A stretch of DNA of 64,000 bases from Saccostrea cucullata (GCF_032062105.1 NW_026931074.1:345587-409586), one strand, 5' to 3'. Numbered from the stretch's first letter, positions 46,097-58,238 are shown. Made by a program: numbers and translations. The notes: generated from the sequence alone by a model not told the origin.

Positions 46097-48918
46097 TTTA
46101 ACATAGGTCGCGGGTTTGCTGACATCATTAAAACTGGGTACGCAATTTATATGATTTGGGCGACTTTATTGTGCACATCTGATTATGACGTCACGGTGAG
46201 AAAGGGAAAAATTCAGTGCATTATTTAGCTATAACTTTTGTAAAAATGGGTAGTTTAGTGTAACAATATTCATAGAACAGGCTGAAGTTATAAAAAAATA
46301 ATGAAGGCTTATTTTGATTCGGCCATCCTTAAAAAATTGTTTTTTTGCGGTAACGCGACCGACTCACCAAAATCCACCCTACTGGATTTTTTTTATCGGT
46401 TCAAAGAATTTTTTTTTTTTTTTACGTATCCATTTTCTATTTTTATCCAATTGACATTTTTTTACGTCTCCATTGCACCTACGCTGTTTTTAAAAAAAGA
46501 ACTGATGTGTTCTGATATTTGAACAATAAAAGATTGGATTCATTAAGAATGCCTTAATTTTCTTGTTTGATTAGTAACTTAAAGTGAAATCTAAGACATA
46601 GTTAATACCTCTATATAATCGAAATTTATTTCTGACATTTTGTCTCCAAAAAAAAAAAAAATAAGCCTACCTACCTACCCACACCTAAAATGATGAGGCG
46701 CGTTACCGCAAAAAAAAATTTTTTTAAGGATGGCCTTCCAATGACCAACACTGAAAGTGTTAGAAAGCGTTTCATTATGTGTTATTAATTGCATCTTCTC
46801 GGGTCTATTCTGAGAGCACATGTACTTGTTTCGAAATAAATTTTAACCCTTGTATCATGTATAATTTATAAATATTAAATACATGTATTAAATGTGTATA
46901 ATTATAAAACAGGTTATCTAACTCCGAATTACACTCGATACCCCCTCCTCAGAAAAGCACTCATTTTAGTCACAGGCACCTGACGTTACTTATTTTTCTT
47001 TCACACACAAAAAAAAAAATATACACATACCTAATAATAAACGAGTATTATTAGGTATGTGTGTTTTTTTTCATATTAAAAGAAAAATAAAAGTCATTTT
47101 GTGATTTTAGTGTACACTTTCAGTGGAAATGCACTAACAAACTGTTTATTACCATTGTCTTCTACAATAATTTATCTACACAACCATTTATGGAATGCAT
47201 GTCTTTGTTTTCATTTATCTCCGTAAACAGCGTCAAAACTTTGCTCACCGATGGAAAGTCGAACTCAATATTTATGAAACGGTATGTGCTAATCTCGGAC
47301 GAATCTATATACAGGTTGACCACAAATTAAAAACTGCTAAGGCACTACCGGGGTAATACTACTGAAATATACATTTTTGAACGGCATTGACCTCTTGTAA
47401 ATAACCACAGACAAGTAGGATATGACCCCCTCCCTTCTTTCCATTTCTTACTTCCTAACGCGGGGGGGGGGGGGGGAATAAACGTTTTCCATTTTTTAAA
47501 ATTTCAACTCCACCCTATATGTGCATGTTGATTTAATCGAAATATTTACTAATCGGAGGCACATAAAGAATTATATAAATGGAAATCTGAAAAGGAAGAA
47601 GAGGGTTTTTCAAATTTATCAATGCCTGCATATTCCATGATTATCTACGTATTAGATAGTGATCATGCAAGTGAAGATAAAGTGAGGCATGGAGATTTTT
47701 AAGAACAAATTGCAAGCTGTCTCTTCTTATGTATCAGTCGAAAACGAAAAACATGTATTTAAAAACAGCGTAAAGAGATAAAAGGGTTACATTATTAATC
47801 ACATGCAATAGGTATTAAAAATCTAAAATAGGAAAACCCCCAGAAAAAACAGAAAGGGGGGGGGGGTCGATACTCAATTGCCTGTATAACTAACGGCATG
47901 CGTTGTTTTTAGTTACATGTACATATTTTATTTGCTGCATTGCTTTCCATATTCATTCAGTACAATTAATGTTATATGTATAAATTGAAAGTCTAAGAAC
48001 AAAATAAAATCTGCCTGTTGATTGCGCCAAACAAAGCGTAAAAACATATTTCGGGGTTGGGGTTGGGGGTGGTAGTAGTCCTTGACTTTTCAAACAAACT
48101 TAGATCACAGATCTGCGATTTCAACGGGGATGGGAAGTCTGCCTTTTCCAGAGGGGAATACAAGGTCACTTTTATTTTACAAATTCTGGCGTGAAAATCC
48201 GCGCATGAATAAAAAAAACGGAAACGGTAAGAAATAAACACATAAAGAAAATATATATATAAAAAAAAACTAAAGGACTGATTGTTGGTTTACGCCTTTT
48301 ATGTGAATTTTCACTAATATTAGAGGAAATAAGCTGAAAGGGAAAAATGTCTAATAGTTATTTTATTGAATTATTATGATACTGGTCACTTGAAAGCAGA
48401 TATACGTGAATTTCCCTTTTCTTAAAATCCGTACTTTTTTTTTTTTTTTTTTTGTGCTCTTTTTAGTTTTATTTCAACGCCAAGCATGACGTCACGATAT
48501 TTTATGACGTTGTTTTTAAAAATGCTACATTTGTCAATATCAAAGCAATTATCTACAATTAAATTACGAAAAAATGAACCCGAACACATATTAATTTTTT
48601 TACATAGATTTATTTCAAATCAATTCTATTTTTAAATACCAAAGGATAAACAAATTCATCTGCACGATTTAAAAGTTAATGATATTTTTTAAATCAAAAT
48701 GAAAACAAGCCAAAAACGACGTTTTTCCTATATAATTCAATAGAATACCATTGAAAATGTAACTACAACAATGACATCTTTGGAATTCAATTACACAAAA
48801 ACGGTGCAGACGAATTTTATAAAATTTTCAGAGAATGGAAATCAAAGGTAGAGAAATTATATAGGTAATTTTCATGGTATGTTTTCGAACACTTTTAAAA
48901 GCCCTGTAAACCCGCGAC
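46097..48918. mobile_element. Putative non-autonomous DNA transposon (about 2.8 kb) defined by 23-bp terminal inverted repeats, in intron 1 of gene B
   Basis: tttaacataggtcgcgggtttgc (46097-46119) versus gtaaacccgcgacctacgttaaa (48896-48918), 21/23 complementary. Interior has no ORF. It carries a nested MITE (46321-46737), long G homopolymers (47461 about 15 G, 47851 about 11 G) and CpG/TGACG clusters (48470-48520). Confidence 0.35.
46321..46737. mobile_element. MITE-like element (about 417 bp) with about 37-bp TIRs
   Basis: ggccatccttaaaaaattgtttttttgcggtaacgcg (46321-46357) versus cgcgttaccgcaaaaaaaaatttttttaaggatggcc (46701-46737). AT-rich interior with T-runs. Confidence 0.55.
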
Positions 48919-49060
48919 CTACGTTAAATAATGGCTTTGTAACAACCATTTTCTCTTTTATTGAATATTTTGCATATACTTTATAGCTATTGAATTATAA
49001 ATTAGGGTATCTCTGAATGCATTTGGGTTCATTTGGGTAAATCATAATCTTGACGAGATT

Positions 49061-49890
49061 CGTAGGGAATAAAATTTTGGTCTGGTGTCCTTAAGAATCT
49101 CGGAGCAATTTCATACTATGTGATTCGGGCTTTTTTGCCCCTAATTCAACCGCTCGTTTCAATCACTACCTGCTGTAATGAATTAGCTGCCCACTTCAAC
49201 TTATTCCCTTGGACATCCTTTTAAGTCTCTATCACTATAAAACAATCGTTTCTTATCTTGAAAAGGTTTAAATCCAGCAAAATATAGAGTTTATTTTTCA
49301 TGGCTGTTTGCTTTTCATTTAAACCTTGAACACTGAAGAGTTCGGCAATAGTCTGCTTCGAATAATTAATTCTGCAACTATTTCTTATAGGAGTGATCTA
49401 TTAAATAGTACTTTAGATCATGCAGAACTCTTCATCGTCGGAGTCGGAGAGTTAGGACGATTTTCCCCTTAGTTTGGACTTTCAGTAGGGCGTGGCATTC
49501 TCGGCGCTACGTAATGGCGAATACTAGTAGATTCTCATTGGTTAATAAATTAATAACATAGGTTATTTAAATTGTTGTTTACAACGATGAGACGACTTGT
49601 GCCCCACCTCTGTGCCGTGAGAGAACTTTTAATTGGCTATTTACTACACCAGTTGACATTCATCCGCATTTCTATCATATGTATATTTCAACAGTGAAGG
49701 GAAGCTGTGTAAATTTCAGAATTTACTTAGGTAACGTCGAGAATGCCACGCCTTACTGAAAGTCCACACGAAGCTTGTAATAGTCATAAATGAAAAGTAA
49801 ACAGCCATGAAAAATCCTGAATCACGTAGTATGGGATTGCTCTGAGAGTCATAGGGACACCAGACCAAAATTTTAGTCCTTAGGAATCTC
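49061..49890. repeat. Long imperfect nested palindrome (foldback structure) about 330 bp upstream of gene B exon 2a
   Basis: Three concentric arm pairs: 49061-49140 with 49811-49890 (gaatcac.tagtatg..attgctc.gaga.tc.ta.ggacaccagaccaaaatttta); 49290-49320 with 49790-49816 (tttttcatggctgtttgcttttca); 49470-49500 with 49735-49770 (ggactttcagtagggcgtggcattctcggcg). ORF 49716-50000(-) lies within it and is probably not coding. Confidence 0.6.
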
Positions 49891-50222
49891 GCCGAGTTTA
49901 GGTAAATCGATGCACCTATTTCCTCAGCTAAAAATTGAGTTGGGTCATTTTTAGTACATAGTATGTTTTTATTTGGATCTTTTACAGTACAATTTTTCAT
50001 ATGACATTACTAATTTACTATTATATTTCAGTATGTTGTAATTATGGTTGACAAAATCAAATGTTTATATATGTATAAGAAACTATTCTGGAATATGTTT
50101 TTGGTATACACTAAAATCAATGTATTCAGTTTATTGTGAAATCTGAAACCAAAGTATTTCATCCTTTGTCACACAAAAATTAAAAAAATCATTGATGGTT
50201 GTCACTGATGATTGTCCTGTAG

Positions 50223-50334
50223 TTTTGGTGGCCGAGATAGTCCAGAATTTCTTTCCTCAGCTGGTGCAAATGCACAACTACACCCCGGCGAGTTCAACCA
50301 GTCAAAAGAGGGAGAACTGGCTCCTCCTCAACAG
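50223..50334 (+). CDS. SPEF1: SPEF1-like gene B exon 2, variant a (112 nt): (V)LVAEIVQNFFPQLVQMHNYTPASSTSQKRENWLLLN(R)
   Basis: Acceptor tcctgtag, donor gtacagg. Phase 1 in, phase 2 out. Joins exon 1 (..DG|V) and exon 3 (R|KVFKKLNF). Confidence 0.6.
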
Positions 50335-51122
50335 GTACAGGAAGGTCATGCTCTGCTGCCTTTGTGGTTTTTGGTGCTGTAGTTCACTTAACATCACCTG
50401 GAAATCTCAGTGACATGTCACATACTTAAGTTCTAGTATTTGGGACTAACACTCTTGTCTATAATTATGATTATAGATATACAGCTTTTAATTTTATTTT
50501 ATATATATCTTTGAGGTTACTTTTAATTTGTAAATTTTAACCATCTTGTTTATTTTCATGCTGTTTGCCCTATGCTGAATTAATTCCTATAGTAACTGAT
50601 ATCCAGGTGATTCCCTTTGTAGCAGCTGATAGCGTCTGTATCAATGTCTTATAAATATGTCTAGGATTAATGTAGTTTATATCTATACTGTATGTTGTCC
50701 CTCAGTTCTAATGTAGTACTGAGTAGTCACCCTTTACTGTACAATTAAGACATGCTAGATCTCTCATTTTGTCATATCTGTCATATTAATCAGGGCTTTC
50801 AGAATCTGCTGAGATATGGTACTTTTACCTGAATCAAATCATGATTGTTAATTATCAGCCAAAATATTTGTTGGAGAAAATTTGATAAAATTGCTTCCAT
50901 AAGGTTCCCCTATTTTTGTCAAAGTACCATGTTTCACATCTTTTTGAAAGCACTGATTAAACTTACCTCAGTTGATATATATATATTTTTTTTACTGATT
51001 TTATTTTTTTTCTTAAAAACTAATGTAAATAATTTGATACTGTTAGTAAGCTAGGTTTTGTGTGTGTGTATTCCTGTGTTAGAACTTTGTTAGAAATGTG
51101 CTTTTCCAAAAATTCATTTATT

Positions 51123-51127
<5 letters not shown>

Positions 51128-51169
<42 letters not shown>

Positions 51170-51215
51170 CATTTTGTCCGTCGTCCGTCCGTCTGTCCGT
51201 CTGTAAACTTTTCAC

Positions 51216-51252
<37 letters not shown>

Positions 51253-52188
51253 TGACCAAACTTGGTACAAAGCATCCTTGGGTAAAGGGGAATTTAAATT
51301 GTTAAAATGAAGGGACATATCCCCTCGCAAGGGGAGATAATCAAGAAAAGACAAAAATAGGGTGGGGTCATTAAAAAATCTTCTTCTCAAGAACCACTGG
51401 GCCAGAAAAGCTGAAACTTATGTGGAAGCATCCTGGGGTAGTGTAGATTCTAAATTGTTCAAATCATGACCCCCGGGGGAAGGGCGGGGCCACAATGGGG
51501 AATCAAAGTTTTACATAGAAATATATAGGAAAAATCTTTGAAAATCTTCTTCTCAAGAACCACTGGGCCAGAAAAGCTGAAACTTATGTGGAAGCATCCT
51601 GGTATAATGTAGATTCTAAATTGTTCAAATAATGACCCCCGGGGGATGGGTGGGGCCACAATGGGGAATCAAAGTTTCATATAGAAATATATAGGAAATA
51701 TCTTTGTCAAGAACCACTGCTGAAACTTATGTGGAAGCATCCTGGTATAATGTAGATTCTAAATTGTTCAAAAAATGACACCCGGGGGGAGGGCGGGGCC
51801 ACAATGGGGAATCAAAGTTTTATATAGAAATATATAGGAAAAATCTTTGAAAATTTTCTTCTCAAGAACCACTGGGCCAGAAAAAGTGAAGCTTATGTGG
51901 AAGCATTCTTGGGTAGTGTTAATTCTAAATTGTAGGAATCATGACCCCCGGGGGAAGGGCGGGGCCATTATAGGGAATCAAAGTTTTACATAGAAATATA
52001 TAGGAAAAATCTTTGAAAATCTTCTTCTCAGGAACCACTGGGCCAAAAAAGCTGAAACATATGTGCCCATGGAAGGATCATGGGGTAGTGTAGATTTCAA
52101 AATGTCTAAATTATGATCAGTGGGGTAGGGTGGGGATGCATTATGTATAACAAGGGTGAAATCTGGTAAAGAACAGAATGGTCAAAGC

Positions 52189-52225
<37 letters not shown>
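51128..52225. mobile_element. Repetitive element (about 1.1 kb) with agctcacctgagc / gctcaggtgagc inverted termini, a (GTCC)n tract and an internal about 140-bp tandem array
   Basis: Starts tttagctcacctgagccgaaggctcaagtgagc, then gtccgtcgtccgtccgtctgtccgtctg. About 6 tandem units (cttcttctcaagaaccactgggccagaaaagctgaaacttatgtggaagcatcctgg...gacccccggggga.gg.ggggccacaatggggaatcaaagtt) span 51230-52090. Ends ...gcttctcaggtgagcgatgtggcccatgggcctcttg. The same terminus occurs at 34147-34315 and 6062-6095. Confidence 0.5.
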
Positions 52226-52229
<4 letters not shown>

Positions 52230-53065
52230 TTTTTCTCTTTTTTTTTGAAAGTATTAAAGATAAAATATTTTGATGTAGACATAGGTCATTATTTCCACAC
52301 AGTACAGTGTATGAGAAAAGGGTGGGGCGGCCCCATACTAGCCAAGTGTAGTAAAGTAAATGGATGTCAAGTACTACCACCTGAGTGTAAACTATAGCTA
52401 GCTGTTATATAGCATGTATAACTCCTAGCTTTTCCAGTTATAGCATGTAATCCATGTATAGCTCTTAGCTCTTCCAGTAAAATATCAAGTAATCCGAGTG
52501 TAAAAAAAGTCATTTAGCTCAGCATTTTGGTCATTAGATATCGAAACAATTCAGTTGTCAGGATGACAGTGGTATATAAATTCTGTGTCAGGAGTATGAT
52601 TTAATGTCATGAAGCTATACTGTAAAACAGAAAATGCCAGCGTTCTTCAGAGTTCAAGTGTATATCCAGTATAGGACTTTTGTCTGTAGCTATAACTGTT
52701 AAAGACGTTTATCTGTATGTAACTGTTGAAGACTTGTCTGTATGTAAGTGTTAAAGCATACAATATTTCACTGGCCATTACTTAAATTTAACAGAAAGAG
52801 ATTTAAATTACACTTTATGTTTCAGGTCAAGGTCAAATGTCAGTACAGATTAAGGCCACTCAGACATTGAAGGGATTATTGCTTCCAATAGATCATGTTT
52901 TATTCATATATCATTTTGAACAATTTTGATTTCAGGTCAATCAAGTGGAATTTAGGTGTATGTGTGGCAGACTCACTATGATAGCGTCATATCTGACCAG
53001 ACATACATAACATATGTATCATTTACTGGCAATATATGCTTTACATTCTGCTTAATTACTTTCAG

Positions 53066-53177
53066 TACTGGTTTCTGAGATTATGTATCATAAATTCCCC
53101 CACCTGGTGCAGAAACACAACTATAGCACGGCAAACTCCACCTCAAAAAAGATGGAGAATTGGTTTTATATGAACAG
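53066..53177 (+). CDS. SPEF1: SPEF1-like gene B exon 2, variant b (112 nt): (V)LVSEIMYHKFPHLVQKHNYSTANSTSKKMENWFYMN(R)
   Basis: Acceptor tactttcag, donor gtaacaag. Identical length and phases to variant a. Not listed as an ORF in the track because it is short, but it reads open in the exon frame. Confidence 0.55.
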
Positions 53178-54469
53178 GTAACAAGTGGAGACCCTTGTAC
53201 AGATTTAACCTGGTTTGTTTGGTTCCCTATTAAATCAGAACCTCTCCCCTCCTTATGACATATAGCTAGAACACCCCCCTATACAAACACTTCTCCGAAC
53301 CCCACTTCTTTATATCTAATTTAATTTGTCAAAGACTGATAAATTGCAAATTGTTTTGACATTCAAAATTAAACTTGAATTTAAATTTAAACATATACAT
53401 GCTTATGTAAACAGAAAACATCGTTAGAATACTCAGTAGTACATTTATCTTCTTATTAAAAGCATGCTTTACCATAAGAAAAGGAATAGTTTACAAAATT
53501 TCCAAACTCTTTTTGACATTGACAAACCACTCCCATCACTTTAAGTTTATAAATTTCAAAGCTTGTCTGAGATTAATGTTATGGAGTCCTAAAATCCAAA
53601 AGTATGAGTACTATGATCATTACATGAAGTTGTACAAGTAACTTAATTTTTTCTTAAAATGGAACATTTTGGTCTTAGACTTTCTTACTGAACATGAGTT
53701 GTTATATATTGAAAATGACACATTTGTTAGAAAAACAGAAAACAGTACCTTTTCAGCCCCACCCCCCACCCTCGCCCCTTCCTTTCAGACTCAGATGCAT
53801 GTAAATAATTTTGCATGTAAATAATTTTGTCATTAAAGAAATGTTCATCATGTAATTCACCATTTTATAAAGAAAGCTCTGAAGGTTCAATTTTAAACAT
53901 TATAGTTTTACCATATTTCATGAAATCATGTTGAAATTGAATTCACTATTTTTCCAATGCAGTGTTTTTGAAACCCAAAGCCAACACCTGGAAGATTTGT
54001 TCATTAATTTCTCTTGAATTTTAACTAAAATACTTACACTCAGTGCCACGATCATAAGCCTATCTCTGTATCAATGATCTAGTGACTGAAATGAGGAGAA
54101 TTGTTAAACACATGATACAGTATATAGGAGTTCATTACTGAGTCCTTGCAGATAAACTTAGGATATGATAAATATATGTATATCACAGATGGGTCAGTGA
54201 AGAAGTGGATATATTCTCATATACATTGTATTGTGAATTTCTTTGTGCCTTCCATATTGATATTTGTTCTTTTAGGGCAGTTACCTTTTATATGGAGTTC
54301 ATTGTTAAATACACAACACACATAATTAAAACAAAGATATTTATTTTCAGTAAAAGTATAGGTAATGATTCTCTTATAAAATTAATATCTAAATAGCTGT
54401 ATCTCACTTCCATTCTCAATGACCATGTTGTGTAGGATTGCTCCATGAAAATTAAAATTTTTATCCAGT

Positions 54470-55590
54470 CTTTGCTGGCTTAAGGCTGTGAGATTTGTAT
54501 TTAGGAGGCTTTTATTGAGTTGGTTAGATATAGGTAGGAGTCTTAAATTGAGTCATCTCAAACTAGGCTGTGAGATATTTTAGCCTTAATTTGTTTAAGA
54601 TCTCTCTGAATAGGCTGTGAGATATTTTTATATAAGAGCCTTTGTTTGAGTTATCTCAGACCAGACAGTGAGATACCCAGGAATTTATAAGCCTTAATTT
54701 GTTGAAGTCCTCTCAAACTAAGTTTGTGGGATATATTTATATATTAGCCTTTGTTGAATGTTTATAGTCCTCTCTGACTAAGGCTAAGCTGTGAGATATA
54801 TTTATTTGAGGCCTTGGTTTGAGTCATCTTTGACTAGACAGTGTGATTTATTTATAAAGGAGTCTTTGTTTAAGTTCTCTCAGATCAGGCAGTGAGATAA
54901 ATAGGATTCTGTTTGAGTTCTTTCAGACAAGACTGTGAGATATACAATTTTGTTTGAGTCCTCTCAGATCAGGCTGTGGGATATATAGGATTCTGTTTGA
55001 GTCCTCTCAGACCAGGCTGTGAGATAAACAATCCTGTTTGAGTCCTCTCAGACTAGTCTGTGAGATATATAGGATTCTTTTTGAGTCCTCTCAGACCAGG
55101 CTGTGAGATATATAGGATTCTGTTTGAGTCCTCTCAGACCAGGCTGTGAGATAAACAATTCTGTTTGAGTCCTCTCAGACCAGGCTGTGAGATATATAGG
55201 ATTCTGTTTGAGTCCTCTCAGACCAGGCTGTGAGATAAACAATTCTGTTTGAGTCCTCTCAGACTAGGCTGTGAGATATATAGGATTCTCTTTGAGTCCT
55301 CTCAGACCAGGCTGTGAGATATACAATTCTGTTTGAGTTGTCTCAGACTAGGCTGTGAGATATATAGGATTCTGTTTGAGTTCTCTCAGACTAGGCTGTG
55401 AGATATATAGGATTCTGTTTGAGTCCTCTCAGACCAGGCTGTGAGATATGTAAGATTCTGTTTGAGTCCCCTCAGACCAGGCTGTGAGATATATAGGATT
55501 CTGTTTGAGTCCTCTCAGACCAGGCTGTGAGATATATAGGATTCTGTTTGAGTCCTCTCAGACTAGGCTGTGAGATATAGGGAGTCTCTG
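54470..55590. repeat. Minisatellite of about 25 units of 41-43 bp in the gene B intron between exon 2b and exon 3
   Basis: Unit gagtcctctcagaccaggctgtgagatatataggattctgttt with variant ...gagataaacaattctgttt. Copies are degenerate at the 5' side (54470-54900) and homogenised at the 3' side. ORF 55048-55242(-) is an artefact. Confidence 0.85.
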
Positions 55591-56120
55591 TGTCATCTAA
55601 GACTAAACAGTGAGGTATAAGACATAAATAGAAAACCTGTTATTATGGACTAGGCTAGAATATAAAGCAGGACTGAGTGTTGTGTACCCAAAAACAAATC
55701 TTTTAGCTGGCTTATCCCATTCAACTTCTCTATTAAAACTAATTCATATAAATATATATTTCCCCCTTTCTAATAATTTCAGTGCTGCGTGTTATATTGT
55801 TTATTCTTTCTTTTCTGTAATTTGCAATTGTTTATGTTTCTTCTGCTTTTTTGGTGGCTATGTAATGTTTATTTAGAATAATATCATGGTACATGTATAT
55901 TACATTCTATGAATTAATGTATTCACTGACAGTTGAACTATTTTTAAACATTTGAGGAAAAGTGAGAAAAGTAAATGTGTTTCAAAAGATTTTTTCAAGA
56001 AAATATGTATTAAGAATGCTTGAACTTAAAAAATTAAGATTTATAAATTTCAAACTATTATAAATATCCATATTTTTTCCACATATGAATATTTTATAAA
56101 ATCATTCTTCGTTGCTACAG

Positions 56121-56329
56121 AAAAGTGTTTAAGAAACTGAACTTTGAACTTTCGGATGCCCTGATTCGGGATTTAGTGAATGCCAAGCCAGGAACCATTG
56201 AGTTACTTTTACGAATGCTGAAACGGAAAATAGAAATGGCAGAGTGGGAAATGAAAAGAAATCCGCCCCAACGGCAGGGAGGAGGTAGGAGAAATGAGAG
56301 TGATCAGCCGGAGGCCGACCAGAATATAG
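56121..56329 (+). CDS. SPEF1: SPEF1-like gene B exon 3 (209 nt): (R)KVFKKLNFELSDALIRDLVNAKPGTIELLLRMLKRKIEMAEWEMKRNPPQRQGGGRRNESDQPEADQNI(G)
   Basis: Acceptor gttgctacag, donor gtaggtat. ORF track 56125-56373(+). Paralogous to gene A exon 37070-37287. Confidence 0.65.
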
Positions 56330-58186
56330 GTAGGTATATAACGGGGCCACTTAACGGTAATATAGGCTTATAGAAATATTAACATAGTATGAACATATAT
56401 TATATTTGCAACAGTGAAATACTGTAATGTTTTTATTGATTAAAAATGCTATTAAGTCACAGTGTGAAAAGATATCAAAATGTGTGACAAATATCGTAAA
56501 ACTCAAGATTTTCATTACTAAAAGGAATAGTGTTCGACATGTAAATGAAAAATACTTTAAATTTGACTGCATATATAATAGAGAGTAAATACCCCATTCA
56601 GACATGAGAGACTTAATTGACTATCAATTCTGAATTTTTAATGCTTTGATTTGTCAAATTATGAATTATTAAAAAGAATGGTGAGTTTCGTGATCAAATA
56701 CAATAATTTTTGTATTATTTTTAAAAACTTAAGATATCTCCATGATCTCGTACAAAATGCAAAACACATCATTAATGAATAAAAATTATGCTATATTTTT
56801 TCAAGGTCTAGCCTCAAAGAAACACTACTTTCTCAAAAGTAAAACCTGAATGCTTTTAAGCACAGTGCTTTGGATAATGCACACATTACTGAGTGCAGTG
56901 TATCTTAGGTTAAAGGTCAAACTCAGCTTTGGCATGCATTACAAGTTTGAATTGTTTGTGGTATTTAGCTATAAGTCTGTTCTTTAGTCAATCCACTGAA
57001 ATTCCAAAATTATATCTCAAGTGAAATTCATGTACATGTATTAAAAATGTATAGAAATGATTAAATTATCATAAATTCATAATCAATAGGCATGGGCACG
57101 ATTACTGTAAAATGTAATCGATTAATAATTGATTACTTTGGCGAATGTTATGTAATCGATTAATGATCGATTATAGTCAGTTTTGTCCTGTAATCGATTA
57201 CTTTAGGCAATGTAACAGTAATTATTTGATTCTTAATATTAAGTTGGATAAAGCGGTACATGTAAAAATTTGTTTCATCTAATATTGAATTCAAGGCAAT
57301 AAACTTATAATTGCCCATTTCATTTATTTACAGATCAATATTTTCATATGTGTTGGTGATACTGTTCAAAGGAAATTATTTGTACGTCGATCGGCAAACA
57401 TATCTTGTAATAAACAGTAAGTTCTCTTGTCTTGCTAATTTCTTTTACACAAAATTTCAAGAGCTGCTCTCTCTTTGTTTTTTGCTTTAATTGTTTACCT
57501 GTCAAAGGTCATTAAAAGTATGTAAAGAAAGGACAAATCAAGCTTTTGATATACTGCATTTAGATAAAATGTGCAGCTAATATAGTAATTTTGAAATTAA
57601 ATACATTGGATATATTTTGATATACAGTGTTTATTGTACTAGGTACATGTTTACAATTCAGAAATTGTAGATATATAATATGTTATTATACCATTGTATA
57701 ATGGTGATAGCATAGGTTAAATATTGTTTTGTAAAAGAAAACTATATTGCACACATATCGATTACATTGTATATTTGATATTTAAAATAGTTGTGATAAT
57801 GGCATATATTCTATAAATTGATAAACAGTAAGTTCTCTTGTGTTGCTAATTTCTGATATCAAAGTTGACAGAAGGAAAGAGAGAAATAGACACCAACTTC
57901 TCAGGCATGCACACATAATACATGGTATATTTGATATTTAAAAATATTTGTGATGTTGGCATATATTCTATAAATTGACTATTTCAAAGTCTAGATATCA
58001 AAGCTGACATCAGAAAATAGGAAGGCATGTATAATAGTTATATATAAATAGGTAATCATCAAAAGTATTGATATTTGGTGTCATATTCTACAGTCTTATA
58101 CTGTAGATTGTTAAGTGCAAGCTGTTATAGTTTATCATGACATAAATTGCTGTATCTGATTGGATGATTTTCTCTATGAATTGTAG

Positions 58187-58238
58187 GATCCCCCGGGCGG
58201 AGTAGAAAAGGAGTAAGTCCTACTCGAGGAGGAGGAGG
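58187..58238 (+). CDS. SPEF1: SPEF1-like gene B exon 4 (52 nt): (G)SPGRSRKGVSPTRGGG(G)
   Basis: Acceptor gaattgtag, donor gtaagtg. Phases 2 in and 2 out chain exon 3 to exon 5. Followed by a 3x about 57-bp tandem repeat (58262-58440) in the intron. Confidence 0.5.

Noticed and set aside
49716-50000. ORF 49716-50000(-), 94 aa
   Set aside because: Lies entirely within the nested palindrome at 49061-49890. The peptide has no recognisable features and the opposite arm gives an equally long frame, as expected for a foldback.
55048-55242. ORF 55048-55242(-) with internally repeated peptide (FISQPGLRGLKQNPIYLTAWSERTQ x2)
   Set aside because: Artefact of the 43-bp minisatellite in gene B's intron.
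54470-55590. Regularly spaced about 43-bp direct repeats that superficially resemble a CRISPR array
   Set aside because: Repeats are contiguous with no unique spacers. The context is a eukaryotic intron with GT-AG exons on both sides and there are no cas genes. It is a minisatellite.
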